The translations under genes and the position numbers were made by a program. A stretch of DNA of 64,000 bases. It comes from Octopus vulgaris. Lineage: Eukaryota. This document shows positions 24,881-38,460 of this stretch, in pieces. The notes below the pieces were generated by a model. It worked only from the letters and a program-made list of their open reading frames with translations. It was not told where the DNA came from and did not search any database. Position 1 is the stretch's first letter; the number at the start of each line of letters is the position of its first letter. Where the stretch lies: positions 33,542,001 through 33,606,000 of the forward strand of contig OX597833.1 in the NCBI GenBank assembly GCA_951406725.2, written 5' to 3'.

Positions 24881-25421
24881 AGAAAAGACTATTGTCTATA
24901 AAGTATACAATGTAGAGAAAAAAAAGAGATTTGAACACCTGGAGGAAAGCACCATCGAAAAGTGTCTTGGTGAGACTATGAAAAATATCTAACCAGAGGC
25001 GGTAAATTCGCCACAATAGAAGCAAGGTTCGAGTCAACGGAACATGCAAGGGAGTACTCGACTCAAACCTTGCAAAGTGGAAATATTTTATTTATACATT
25101 TATATCTGGGACGTAGGACGTCCTGGATAAAAATTAACAATGTCCCCCCAGAAGTAGAGGTAGGCTGGATTGTAGCCACACTTCTGTACAAGAGGGAGGA
25201 CAAGATACAATTGATCGAAATTGCAAGAGACGGGCCTACAATTCCAGTCTGTTATATATTTTGAGTATTGTTATCACTAGCGATATCAAGATATAACTTT
25301 GTATTTTGTATTTTATGTGTAGATGTATATATATAGATGTACATGTAATATGTACACATATATATAGACATATATATATGCACTAGCACTATGACCTGGC
25401 AACGACGGGTCATAATTCTAG
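24873..25421 (+). mobile_element. 5'-truncated second copy of the same Helitron, opposite orientation
   Basis: Close reverse complement of 23274-23790; hairpin at 25391-25413, CTAG at 25418-25421 followed by T. Confidence 0.85.
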
Positions 25422-25505
25422 TACATATATATATATACACACACACACACACATATATATATAAAATATAGATATATATATATACACACACATATGTATA
25501 TATAC

Positions 25506-25708
25506 TCTTTACTTTTTTACTTGTTTCAGTCATTTGACTGCGGCCATGCTGGAGCACCGCCTTTGGTCGAGCAAATCAACCCCGGGACTTATTCTTTGTA
25601 AGCCCAGTACTTATTCTATCGGTCTCTTTTGCCGAACCACTAAGTGACGGGGACGTAAGCATACCAGCATCGGTTGTCAAGCAATGCTAGGGGGACAAGC
25701 ACAGACAT

Positions 25709-25741
<33 letters not shown>

Positions 25742-25912
25742 CATATATACGACAGGCTTCTTTCGGTTTCCGTCTACCAAATCCACTCACAAGGCATTGG
25801 TCGGCCCAGGGCTATAGCAGAAGACACTTGCCCAAGATGCCACACAGTGGGACTGAACCCGGAACCAGTGTTTGGTTAGCAAGCTACTTACCACACAGCC
25901 ACTCCTGCGCCT
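25506..25912 (-). mobile_element. SINE family B, full length
   Basis: Head GGCGCAGGAGTGGCTGTGTGGTAAG; tail AAGTAAAAAGTAAAAG. Confidence 0.9.
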
Positions 25913-26049
25913 ATAGATATATATACATATATACATATATACATATATATATACACATATAAAGTTAATCCAAACAAAAAAAACAAAAAAACACAACAGC
26001 GCGAGGACGTGGAACAAATATAGTATTATTGGATGCATATACATATATA

Positions 26050-27374
26050 TATCATCATCATTATCATTGTTCGACCGTGGTCGAGACAATGGAATTTACT
26101 ATGTTACGCCAGACTTCACGGTCCATCATAGCATTACGGAGGTCCTGTTGCTGGATGCCTGTATCCCTGGAGATTACATCAGGGTAGGAGAGTGTGCGCC
26201 CTCTGGTGTTGCGAGTAGATGGCTTCCAGAGGAGAAGAGTAGATATTACTTCTTTTTCAGCTCTACAACAATGTCCAGCAAACTGGACTCTCCTACCTTT
26301 CACAAGAGATGACACAGGTGGTAATTTCCCATATATTTGCATTTTGGTTGGATGGCGCTTCCACGAGAGATTTTGAGCTCTCATAAGGTGGCGAGTGTAG
26401 GTTCCATCCAACCACCTCTCAAGCTTCTTTGATAACGTCCAGGTTTCTGAGCCATATAGTAGAATTGGTTCGACTGTGGCTTTGAATATTTCAAGTTTGA
26501 AGTCTCTACTTAGATTTGATGACCAGATCTTATGCATGTCATTACAGGCTGACCAGGCCATACCCTTTCTAGTTAGAAAGTCTTTTCCAGATGATGATAT
26601 GTATGACCCAAGATATTTATAATCAGAAACCATATTTAAAGGCGCACTGTTGAGAGTGTGGATGATGCAATCACTGTTGGACAGGCACTTGTTTATGTAT
26701 TCAGTTTTGGCCTCATTGAGGTAAAGACCTACACAATTTGAGGCTTGTTCAAGAGATTGTAAAAGAGACTGGGCATTGGAGAGAGAATCACTGATAAGAG
26801 CGATGTCGTCAGCAAAGTCAGTGTCTGTCAAGTACTCAGCTGGGTGTCTGGAACTTCTTCTTGGTTTTATTTCAAAGCCCTTGCCAGAGATGGTATCAAC
26901 TGACATACGTAGCACATAATCAACAACAATGATGAAAAGAAATGGGGCGGGTGTGTCTCCCTGCAGTATTCCGGCTTCGATTGAGAAAGATGATGTTTCC
27001 CCATCAGGGGTTAAGATGGTTGAAGACGTATCTGTGTAGAGGACCTTGATGGCAGAAATAATTTTGTCTGGTATCCCATAGAGCTTAAGGATTTCAAACA
27101 TCTTGTACCTATCTACAGAATCGAATGCTTTAGGAAAGTCTACAAATACCATTGCAAGATCGCGATTAAATGCTTTTGATTCTTCAATAAGTCTGCGCAG
27201 GCATAGTATCTGGCTCAGCGTTGAGCGCCCATGTCTGAATCCATTTTGGTTCTTTCGGAGCAAAGGTTCAACAAAAAGGACAAGACGATTTAGGATCAGT
27301 TTGTTGTACAGTTTTGCAGCAATTGACATTAGAGATATGCCCCTGTAGTTGGTGACGAGGGACAAATCGCCTTT

Positions 27375-27376
<2 letters not shown>
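26050..27376 (-). mobile_element. RTE-clade LINE, 5'-truncated, RT frame still open
   Basis: About 437 uninterrupted codons from [15 protein letters not shown] through QNGFR, GILQGD, FADD, YKYLGS and LLYGSETW to the stop; (TGA)n-like tail directly after the stop. Confidence 0.95.
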
Positions 27377-27434
<58 letters not shown>

Positions 27435-27464
27435 CATAAATATATACATACATATATATACATG

Positions 27465-27500
<36 letters not shown>

Positions 27501-27583
27501 CATATATATATATACATATATATATACATATACATATAAATATATATATATTCATATATATATATATATATATATACATATAA

Positions 27584-27625
<42 letters not shown>

Positions 27626-28051
27626 GTATATTTATATGTATATATATATATATGTATATATGTTTTATTTATATTCCTGAGCGCCATACAATTGTTTGTT
27701 TGTATTCCACCTACCTTCGTCTTTTGTTTATTTTCATAAAGCTTCCCGTTATATGTATATATATATATATGTATATATATGTATGTATATGTATATGTAT
27801 ATATATGTATGTATATATTTATGTATATATATATGTATATATATATATGTGTATATATATGTATATATATGTATATATATGTATATATGTATATATATAT
27901 GTATATATATGTATATATGTATCTATATATGTATACATATGTATATATGTATATATGTATCTATATATGTATATATATGTATATATATATGTATATATAT
28001 ATATGTATATATATATGTATATATATATGTGTGTGTGTGTGTGTGTATACA

Positions 28052-28082
<31 letters not shown>
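27377..28082. repeat. Long (TA)n/(TATG)n microsatellite containing a Penelope pseudo-LTR 3' fragment at 27661-27750
   Basis: 27661-27750 matches 47959-48055 (TTCCTGAGCGCCATAC...CATAAAGCTTCCCGTT). Confidence 0.85.
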
Positions 28083-28085
<3 letters not shown>

Positions 28086-30139
28086 ATATATTTATACATT
28101 GAGTTATATGCTTACACAGGCACATACATACAAGCTTATATTCATGCACATGTTCTTACATACAAAATCACAAATACATGTAACAGAAAAGACCTTCTCT
28201 TTGATTCTTCCCAAACCTAGACCAGAAGCTAAAGTGATAAACACAAGCCCATCTTTTTCTTCAGTGAAAGCAGCCATTCCTAGGAAGTTCCAGTTTTACA
28301 CATGAAATATTTGTTTAGCAACTAAAGATGAATGGAAATCAATAAAGGGGAAATGTTTCTAAGTTTAATCTCTCCTACTGTTGGGGAGGGATAGGTCTTG
28401 TTGAAAGTGTGATGGTGATTGAAAATGGTGGTGGTGGTAGTGGCGGTGGTGGTGGTGATGGTAGTGGTACAAGTAAGTGTTGATATTACAATCTGTGCAA
28501 TACAAGATATGTGTGTATGGTACAGAGAGAGAGAGAGAGAGAGAGCATCTGTATGTATGTATGTTTTTATGTATGTGTAATGTTTATATACATGCATTAT
28601 GTTTGTATTATGTATATTTGTAGGTATGTATATATGTATATGTTTGTATGTACGTGTGTCTGTATGTTTGTGTGTATAATGTTTGTATGTATGTATGTAT
28701 ATATGTTTGTATGTATGTGTGTAATGTTTATACGTATGTACTGATTAGTCAGGTGAACTCAACTCTGTATTTTACCCTATTCTGCTAAAATAAATATTAA
28801 CAAATTCATCAATGTTTCCATTATACTATTTTTGTTTTGTTTGTTTTTCGCATTTATTTTATCCATTTTAGTTTCTTGTCTTCTTTTCCTTAGCATTTTC
28901 CCCTTCCCTTCTGAACCCTCATCATCCTCATCCTTATTTAGGTCTACATATCTTTGATAATACCATCACCACCACTGCTACTGCCACCACTACAACAACG
29001 ACCACCATCATCACCACTACTACTACTTCATTAGCATTATCAGCACCACCACCATCACTACCACAACCAACACTGCCACAAACGTTATCATCATCATCAT
29101 CATCATGTTCATTACCTATGAAATATACCCAAAACTTTTAATGGCAGTGAAGCCCCCACACTTGAAACACACTAGGGTTACACACACTAGGATTCAATTA
29201 TGTAAACATATCTACCACCTCCAGCCACCATTCCCACCACTGCATCATCACCACCACCACTATCACCACCACAACCATAACCACTACTGCCAGCGCCAGC
29301 ACACTACATGTGTCCCCTATATACTTCCATTTACACAAACACAAACACCTACTGATGCATAAATTAATACACTTATATGTATTTACAAGAAGACAAAAAC
29401 TCAGATGCTATGAAATACCGTAATTCATATGTATAGTTATCTGTATTTATCTATCTGCATGTGTGTGCGTGTGTGTATATGTGTGTGCACATACATGCTC
29501 ACACACATACACTCACACACTTTAATGGTAACCAATTGAAGAAAATGTAGTCAATTCTCAAAGTATGATATAAGGAATTTCATTTGGTCATTGAAAACTA
29601 AAACTAATTGGAACTGTAATTTCCATCAGTTGCGACATTTGAATTCTGAGTCAGCCATATGGTTAAGCAAAATAAGCACATCCTTAAGTCACTGAGGGAA
29701 GGAGGACACCACAGAAATTGTAAATGACCTACAGCACAAAAGAAATCACTTTAAACTTGCTAAATAATATTTGAAGAAGTTTATATGATCAGAAATATAA
29801 TTCTGAAGTGTTCATAGTGAGGATCTGATCAAAGTCTTTTCAATTAAAAACATAGGCCACTCATGCCAGCATGGAAGATGGGTGTTAAACAATGATGATG
29901 ATGATGATGAAATAAAGTGGATATATGTACAAAAATAAACATTATTTTCTGTCTTACTGCTATTTTTGTTTCATTTTAAAAAGTAAAAACTCATTTTATG
30001 GCTTATAATTGCTTATATTTTGAATTGCATATATATATGGGGCACCAAAATCTTTTCAGTGCTTGGAGCCTCCATGGGTCTTAATCTGGCCCTCAGTTAA
30101 AGGCATATTTGTTAGGTGTGCTGCAGGCCTTCAACCAAA

Positions 30140-30854
30140 CTGGTCAATGAGGATCCTTATATTTATTGTGTTTATTGTACCTGTGCAACTTCCACACCCA
30201 GAAACTGTTAACCTTTCTCTGATATTGCTATACCTCTTATGTGTCCATAGCTTACACTGGGTACATCTTATAGAGTTTCTACCAACACCTTTTCTACACA
30301 TCAAGCAGGGCCATCTACCTGAAGGGATTTGTGGTTTGTCTGCTTTCCTACTTACTACAACTTTGGTTTTTACTAGATTAACTGTAAGATCCTTTGATTC
30401 TAGATCTTGATTCCACACCCGAAATTTCTTCTCTAGTTCCGATAGTGACTTGGCTATAAGAGCAAGTTCATCAGCATAGAGGAGCTCCCAGAAGTAGCCC
30501 ATCTGCTATTGCCTGGAGGACTATGATGAACAAAAGGGAGTGCTGAGGTCTGAGCCTTGGTGGACCCCTACTTGTACCCAGAGTTCATTGCTAATCTTTA
30601 CCTTACTGACAGCATCCCTGTACATGGCTTGTACAGCTCTCTCCAGCCACTCATCTATCCCTAGTTTTCACACTGACCACCAGATAAGGTAGCAGTGGAC
30701 TCTGTCAAAAACTTTCTCCATGTTGACAAGAGCTAGGTACAGGAGTTTATTTTTGGCTAGATATTTTTCCTGCAATTACCTAACCAGGAATATAACATCA
30801 GCCATGTTCCTTCTTGGCACAAATCCAAACTGCATTTCATCTACACTAACTCTC

Positions 30855-30857
<3 letters not shown>
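30140..30857 (-). mobile_element. RTE LINE fragment, PHD-insert family
   Basis: EMQFGFVP, WELLYADEL, VNLVKTK, WPCLMCRKGVGRNSIRCTQCKLWTHKR. Confidence 0.9.
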
Positions 30858-30905
<48 letters not shown>

Positions 30906-30917
30906 GACATGCCATAA

Positions 30918-31056
30918 AGTGGTTGGCATTAGGAAGAGGATCCAGCCAAATCAGACTGGAACCTGATGCAGCTCTCCTTCCTGCTTGCCAGCTCTGGTCA
31001 AACTATCCAACCCATGCCAGCTTGGAAAACAGCCATTAAAGGATGATGATGGTGAT
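30918..31056 (+). mobile_element. RTE 3' tail fragment ending in (GAT)n; similar at 29860-29910, 31520-31630, 37130-37260, 49410-49570 and 59430-59550
   Basis: GGTTGGCATTAGGAAG...CCAACCCATGCCAGC matches the 3' end of the RTE at 54648. Confidence 0.75.
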
Positions 31057-31129
31057 GGTTATGTGTGTGTGTGTGCATGCAATTATTTGGACTTTGGGTA
31101 TAAGTCTAGTAGTATGCTGATTAGAGCAC

Positions 31130-31360
31130 TTTCACTATTTAGGCAACATGATGCCATCCAGTTGTGATATAATTGTCACTGGATCTACATCAGGAACTCC
31201 ACTGTTCATTGAGTGAGGGAAGTAGGAAATGGATTTAGCAAGAATCTGTTTACAACACAACAATTGTTTTGACCTATCCTGCATCTGTCCTTTATGGATG
31301 GGATATTGTACAGCTAGTTGTATTGCATCTATCAAAGCAGGCTGTACTTTGTCAAGTGTT
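31130..31360 (-). pseudogene. Highly decayed CR1/L2-type RT remnant
   Basis: LDKVQ...MNSGVP spacing fits the FDKV...SGVPQG RT motifs. Confidence 0.35.
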
Positions 31361-32329
31361 TAATATAAATAAGATACCTCACTACATATACTGAGTTTTG
31401 CTTGGCATGTTTTGGTCACCTGTAGTGTAGCCAACATACTACAGCTGTTAGTAGTTGTAAGTAAGTGTTGCTGACCTTCATTTCCAGTCTTCTGCAAAAA
31501 TGTTTCTGGCTTTGTTTGGAAATAGGTGAGGGTTGGTGACAGGAAAGGCATCTGGCCATAGAAAATCCACCTCAACTAATTGCAATTTTCACTGGCATGG
31601 AAAAGTGGCTTTGAAATGATGATGATGATGATAGCTGGTAGCAGCAGAAACAGCTGCAATGTGGCAGTGTGACTGCATGGTGATGGTAGTGACATTGGTG
31701 GTGGGAGTGGTAATGGTGGTGGTGGTGGTGGTGGTGGTGCATCTACAAAAACTTACTTCAACCATACATATACACACACATATATATTCATTAACATTTA
31801 TAGACCTATATTTTATATATAAGCATACATAAAACTTGCACAAATATGTAAAGACCCATATGCAAAGAGAAAATATATTTACATTTATAGAAATATACCA
31901 GTGCTCTTAGAAGGGTATGACACATATTTCTATAAATATAAAACACACACCCAAAAAATGTATGTTCAGAGATCTATGTTTTATGCATATACACACATTC
32001 ACCCCCCCCATACGCGCACAAACAAACATGACCAAATTGTATTGCTTTTGCTTTGTTTGGATATGTTTCTTGTCATTATTAGTGGTAAATTTTATAAATG
32101 TGGGTGAGACCTGATTTAGTCATGCATGCATTAGTTAACGTAAACAAATTAAGTGTCCTGTTTGTATGGAATGTGGGGCAAGCTATGCATAAGTATATAA
32201 GGTTTCATTCATATCTAATATTCACCAAAATAGTGACACAGAACACATCAAAGCAAGACAAAGCTCTTACACTTGTACACATGTCATGTTTGCAAGAAAA
32301 AGCACAAGATATAAGCAAGATTCAAGAAT

Positions 32330-33080
32330 TACCATAAATTCACATTGGAACTCAATCCCAAACAGGTTGATAACATGAAGTAGAAGATGTCAGAGGTGAA
32401 TATGTGAGAGGATCTTGCTGGAGTTATCCAGAAGAGAGATTCCCTTGCTGTTGCCACACTCTGCACAGTTTCCTTTGTGTTGGTAGATTGTAACAATATT
32501 GGAGAGTTTCCACCAAGAAGAAACAAGGAGTGAAGATAGGATGTGAAGTGAAACCCACCATACTTGTAGATCTCATCTGGGATTTCCTCATTGTCGGGAG
32601 GAGGCGTCTTGTTTTTGAGGCTACAGATGACTCAGTAAGTGTTGGGGGTTGTCAAACTCTGTCAGGATAGGAAGATCTGGAATTTCCTCAAGTGCTGCAA
32701 GTTCTGTTGGGTTGATCTGATTCAAAGATTCTTGAAACCGTTCAGTCCACCTGTAAAGTTTCACAGTTTTTTTTTTCTTTCAGTAAGGTGCCACTGAATG
32801 ATCTCACCAGAGCAGTCACCTTTCTGCATAGGTCAAAGATACTCTTAATTGAGTCATAGAATTGACAAGTTTTGTTCCTGTCTGAAAAATGTTAAATTTC
32901 TTCTGCTTTTGGAGCCACCAATCGGTTTGAACATTCCTGATGACACATTGTGCAGTGGCACAAGCATCCTTCTACTTTGGACAGAAATTCGCAGAGCCCA
33001 GGTTGGCTAGAACAGTATCATAAGGCTTGTTCTTCTCAACCAAGAGACAATTAAGCTTATAGAATTCTTCTTTTTGATCC
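32330..33080 (-). mobile_element. Old RTE/BovB-like LINE fragment (linker and RT start)
   Basis: RWTERFQESLNQIN, SLKNK...EIPDEIYKYGG, IVTIYQHKGNCAECGNSKGISLL. Confidence 0.7.
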
Positions 33081-33445
33081 AGTTTGCCAAAGTAAAAAAT
33101 AAAAAGGAACATCTTGGTAAAAGGAGAAGAAAAAAGAAAAGCAATTGTCCTTCACTCAGTTTATTTCATGGCTGAGTAGTTAAGCAAAAGAATGAACATC
33201 CAGCTATAAAAGTCAACTGACTCATCACCTGCCTCAAGTAAATCATCTCACTTATGTATAGGTATGTGTATGCATGTGTGTGAATTTATGTATACATGTA
33301 AATGCATGTGTGTGTATGTGTGCGTGTGTGTGTATGCATGTGTGTCTGTGTGTGTGTAGCATGTGTGTATATGTGATGTGTGTGTGTGTGCATGTGTGTG
33401 GTCATATATATATGTTTGTGTCTGTGTATATCTGGGTCTGTGTGT

Positions 33446-33446
<1 letters not shown>

Positions 33447-33506
<60 letters not shown>

Positions 33507-33561
33507 AAGAAGAAGAAGAAGAAGAAGAAGAAGAAGAAGAAGAAGAAGAAGAAGAAGAAGA
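33447..33561 (+). repeat. Perfect compound (GTA)n(GAA)n microsatellite
   Basis: Directly visible. Confidence 0.97.
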
Positions 33562-34547
33562 TGACTCCACATAGTTTTTAATTTCTGGAATAATTAATGT
33601 TTGGATTTTATTCTACATAGTTATTTATTTTATAATTATCTTACAGAATCATTTCCTGTCAACTAGAGTAATTGATATAATGGTTTTTATTCCATATATA
33701 TGTACATGTATGTGATTCACTTATTGTTGTATGAACAATATTAATAACTTGTTCTTACTTAATATATCCAAGAATATTTAGTTCGACACACTTTAACTAC
33801 TATTGGATGTGTCAAATATATCACAGTATATCGAGTACATTGAAGAATATCAAGTATATCAAAGTGTATCATATAAATATCACAATACTTCATGTTAGAT
33901 GTATCAAGTATATCACAGTATATCAAACATATCAATGAATGTACAGTGTATCATTATCATATATTATCCTGTTATTCACATCTTGTACTGAGAGTACTTA
34001 TGCTTATATACCACAACAGTAGATTTTAACTGTCATGAACTGACTGTATTTATTCTCTTTCATCTCCTTCTTCCACTGTTTCCTCATTTTTTTTTTGTGT
34101 TTTTTAGTGTTTCCAAGGTCCATTCACTGATGTTATTGTTTTCATTTTTCATTGCAATGCCTTCTGATATTTTGAAATGAACCATTGGTCACAGAATCAA
34201 CATTGAAGCTGTAGTGATAGTTCTTGTCCCAGAAATCATTATTGAGCTCTTACCTTTGTTATAGTTCTTTCTTTCTTTCTTTTTTCCCTCTTTTTACTTT
34301 AGACATGACTCTTTCTCTACATGCTTACCATCAGTTCTCATGGTTTTCAGGTACTTTTCTCAGTTATCAGACTGTATTCTGAATAAGGACATGATCTTCT
34401 TGGAACCAGAATAACATTTCTTAGCTACAAATACCTTGTAAAAGCAATGCTAGACACAAAAATACCCAAAATAAATTCTGTACGTTGAGATTACAGAAGG
34501 TCACTGCTTAAAGGCCACTCCTAAAGGAATGTGCAAACTATTACATA

Positions 34548-34739
34548 TTCTTTTATTTGTTTTAGTAATTTGCCTGCGGCCATGCTGGGGCACCACTTTT
34601 TGTTAAGCAGATCACCCCCAGGACTTATTCTTTGTAAGTCTAGTACTTATTTTATTAGTCTCTTTTGCTGAGCCACTAAGTTACACACACCAACATTAGT
34701 AGCCAAGCGATGTTGGCGGGGACTAAGATAGACACACAA

Positions 34740-34780
<41 letters not shown>

Positions 34781-34915
34781 CAACAGGCTTCTTTCAGTTA
34801 CCATCTACCAAATCCACTCACACGGCTTGCCCGAGGCTATTGTAGAAGTACCTGGAACCATGTGGCTGATAAACAAGCTACTTACTACACAGCCACACAG
34901 CTCTTCCTGCACCTA
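34548..34915 (-). mobile_element. SINE family B
   Basis: Matches family with small deletions. Confidence 0.8.
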
Positions 34916-36552
34916 TATAATAAAGTCATTTTTATTTATTTTAATGTTTTTAAAAATTACTTAGACGAAACGGATCTTTTGATTCTATACCTTTAGCTCT
35001 GTTTTGTGTAATGTTATAAAGTATTTGTTTATTCATATGACCATTTTGCCATCATGTGGTTTCCAATCAATAACTACTCCTTGATATATTGGGGAAGTGC
35101 CCTTCTATCATAGTCTCACACTGACCCAAGTCTCAGGAAATTTGATCGATGAAAACTGTCTAGAGACCTGTCATATGGACTGCACCTGCCATTGAACTGT
35201 CAGGGTCCACTTTATTGCAATGATTCAAACCAAGTCTCTAATTTGAACATCTATCATTTTCCATCTAACCTCAGAACCCTTTTGCAAATGTTATGAGTAT
35301 TGCTCATCTTCCCTCCCCTAAACCATGAAAGGAAAATACATATTTCCATCGCAACAATATATTTTATATATTTTATAATCTTTGAGAATTATCTGTTTAA
35401 TTTCTAATTTAGCTATTAAATGTCACATTATCTATGTTTTTGCATTTTTATTGACCATATGAGACAATGCAGCTGGCTGTAGATGTAGTGTAGTGATGAT
35501 TTTTTTGCATATATGTGTAAACGATATAAAGTTGTCTGGTTGCTATATCACAGTATGTTAAAGATATTATAGAATATCAACTTTAACATAGGGTCATGAG
35601 TTCAGGTCTGTTGCTGAGTAGAACACTTTGTTGTCTCTCTTTACCTATCTCATGTAGTTAGTGTGAAATAATGACAGTGCCCCTTCATAGTCACACAAGC
35701 TACTAGATTTGCTGTCAAATTTCCCTCCACTCTTAGAAAAAGGACAGTCCTGGATATATAATTCCAGAAAAAAGAAGACATTATGGTCATACCTCAGATG
35801 TCATTGATCATAGATCTGTTTGATCTGGACTGATTAGGGACGAATCAACAACAAACACAGGTTACAGATCAATCCATATCAGAAACCAATAACGGTCTTA
35901 ATTATTTATTTATTATTTTTCTTTTATTGGTTTGTTCTGTAGAATGGTGCTAACCTCAAAGTTTTGCAGGTGCTCAAAGACAAGTGAGATCAATATAGTT
36001 AACTTCCATTGAAACCAAACTCTGGTTCTGATTACCAACTGCATGAAATGGCTGACATGCAACAACTACCTCACATACCTAAATCATCCACTACTATACC
36101 ATTTGTTGAATTGCCTGTTAAATATAGAAAGTTATAGAATCTAAGAGAAAATTCACATTAAGATTAGATACCTTAACTCACTTCCATTCCTCCCAGCTCA
36201 GAAAAAAATATCAATTTAACAACACGGTAGAGAAGAGTTGTTGTATACATCACCAACTTTCTTCTAACTCTCCTGAGAATGTTTAATCTCTGCACTATAA
36301 ATCACTAAATTGCATGTTATTATTTAGTTTGGTTTTACTCCAAGTTGATGTCTCTGTCATCCCCGCCCCCGTTTGCATCTCCATAGCTACCACTGTTTGA
36401 TCAAGTATTAATTAAGTGATATGACAACAATGATGATGACAATGATTATGGGTTGGGTTGGGGGGGGTGCAGGGATGGTTGTGGTAATGTGATGATAGAT
36501 ATGAGAACAAGAAGCAGAATGTTGATACACACGCACATACATATATGTATGT

Positions 36553-36598
<46 letters not shown>

Positions 36599-36947
36599 GA
36601 TTAGAGAACAAACATCAAATTCAAGTCAATGACTTTATATAGCATCACGCTTCCATACATTTGATCATATAAAAACATTAGCATGGCCTTCAACATACAA
36701 AAGGAATATATACATAAAAGTACAGAAGGTAAAAAATACACATGCACATAAAAATACAAAATATATAGAACAGCCTGTCAAGAAAAGGTATATACAATTG
36801 ACTAAAAACAAATTACTAAAACGTGTCAAGTGACTAAGAACTTTAAAAAATATACCAATCCGCTAAAAAACTTTTTTACTCCCCTCAATTAAAAATATGT
36901 CAAGAAGTCTAAGGAGCGTAAGAGAATTCCACAAAATCAAGTCAAAA

Positions 36948-37035
36948 CACATCTATGGCCATTTCAGGAGTTCACTGTCGTGGCCCGATTATGAGTTAAA
37001 GTGCATCTCAGCAAAGACCCCCTCATCAGGAATCT
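36948..37035 (-). ncRNA. Type I hammerhead-like motif with long stem II
   Basis: Minus strand CTGATGA-GGGGGT...ACTCCT-GAAA-TGGCCATA; stem III palindrome ATGGCCAT. Confidence 0.6.
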
Positions 37036-37476
37036 CAACAATTAGTCAGTCACATACACACATGCTCACACACACACACATGCACACACATACACACACA
37101 CACACAGACACACACACACACACACGTGTATTTGGGCATCTAGCTGTAAAAACCATGCCAAACACACAGTGGAGCTTGGTGAAATAGGCTTGCCAGCCCC
37201 TGTCAAACTATCCAACCCTAGCCAACATGGTAGATGGACATCAAATGATGATGATGATCATGATCATGATGAGGATGTAGATGATGATAATGATGATACA
37301 CATACATACATGTAAGCAAGTGCAAATGTAGACACAAGAATTTATTACTAATTGTGCATATCCATATTTGTATCCATTTGTCTATCCATCTCTCTGTCTA
37401 TTTATCTCAGTATATATAATATATAACTCTAAGTACATATAATACATATGTGTATATATATATACATATACACACA

Positions 37477-37614
37477 CAGTGTACCTCCGCTTATTTGCAG
37501 TTCAGTATTCATGGTCCCAGTTATTCATAGAATGAATAATTGTTTCTGGAAACCACGGTATATTTGCAGAATTGTAAATATCATGCACAATATTTTATGA
37601 TTTCTTTCGTGGCA

Positions 37615-37683
<69 letters not shown>

Positions 37684-38460
37684 TCCCTGTGGTAATACAA
37701 ACTAAATTTTTCAAAACCATGATTATTTTTAATCTCTGCTCAATCTCCCATTGGTGATATGTGTATATTAGGTGCAAGGAAGATTATTTTGTATGTGTTT
37801 TGGGGAATAACTGCATCCAGTAGCTATAGCATATTATTAAAGGCCTAAGATGCCACCCAAACACCCTACACCTTCTAAGGCTTCTGGCAGTGAACCTAAA
37901 CGCCAGAAAAAGGTTATGGTGTTCCATGAGAAGTTACAACTGCTGGATATGCAGGTAAAAGTTATGCTACAGAAAATCTCTGTTATGATGTCAATGAATG
38001 CACTATATGTTACATGAAGAAGAACAAGGTAGTGATCAGGTCTACTGTAGCAGTAAGTTTCTGTGAAAGTGCCAAAAAGATAATGACAGTGAGAAATAAG
38101 CACTTGGTCAGGATGGAATCTACCTTGGCATTGTGGATCAGTAACTGCAAGAAGGAAAACATTCCTTTGAGTGGTAACATCATCTGTGAGAAAACGTGGA
38201 AATTATACCAGCAGTTCGACAGAGGAGACGGAGCAGAAGGAATTGAAGAACTGCAACCAAGACCATTGACAGCACCGGAGCCCAAAGATTTTCAAGCCAG
38301 CAAGGGACAGTTTGACCATTTCCAGAAACAGTTTAAATAAAGCATGGAGAGACAGCATCAGCTGTCAAAGAAGCCACCAAGAAGTACTTTGAGACCATCA
38401 GGCAGTTCATCAAGGACAAGAGATACAAGCCGGAACAGATTTTCAACATAGACGAGATTG
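37477..38460 (+). mobile_element. Tigger/pogo transposon, 5' part
   Basis: CAGTG start; from 37850 MPPKHP...KRQKKVMVFHEKLQLLD (HTH), LALWI...IPLSGNIICEKT, FQASKGQFDHF, HGETAS, YKPEQIFNIDE. Confidence 0.85.

Noticed and set aside
27377-27503. N-terminal extension of the 479-aa ORF giving an apparent start codon
   Set aside because: Microsatellite read-through; the LINE is 5'-truncated at about 27376
27349-28305. 318-aa ORF and the many similar YI/HT/CV/MY-rich ORFs
   Set aside because: Translations of (TA)n, (CA)n and (TATG)n microsatellites
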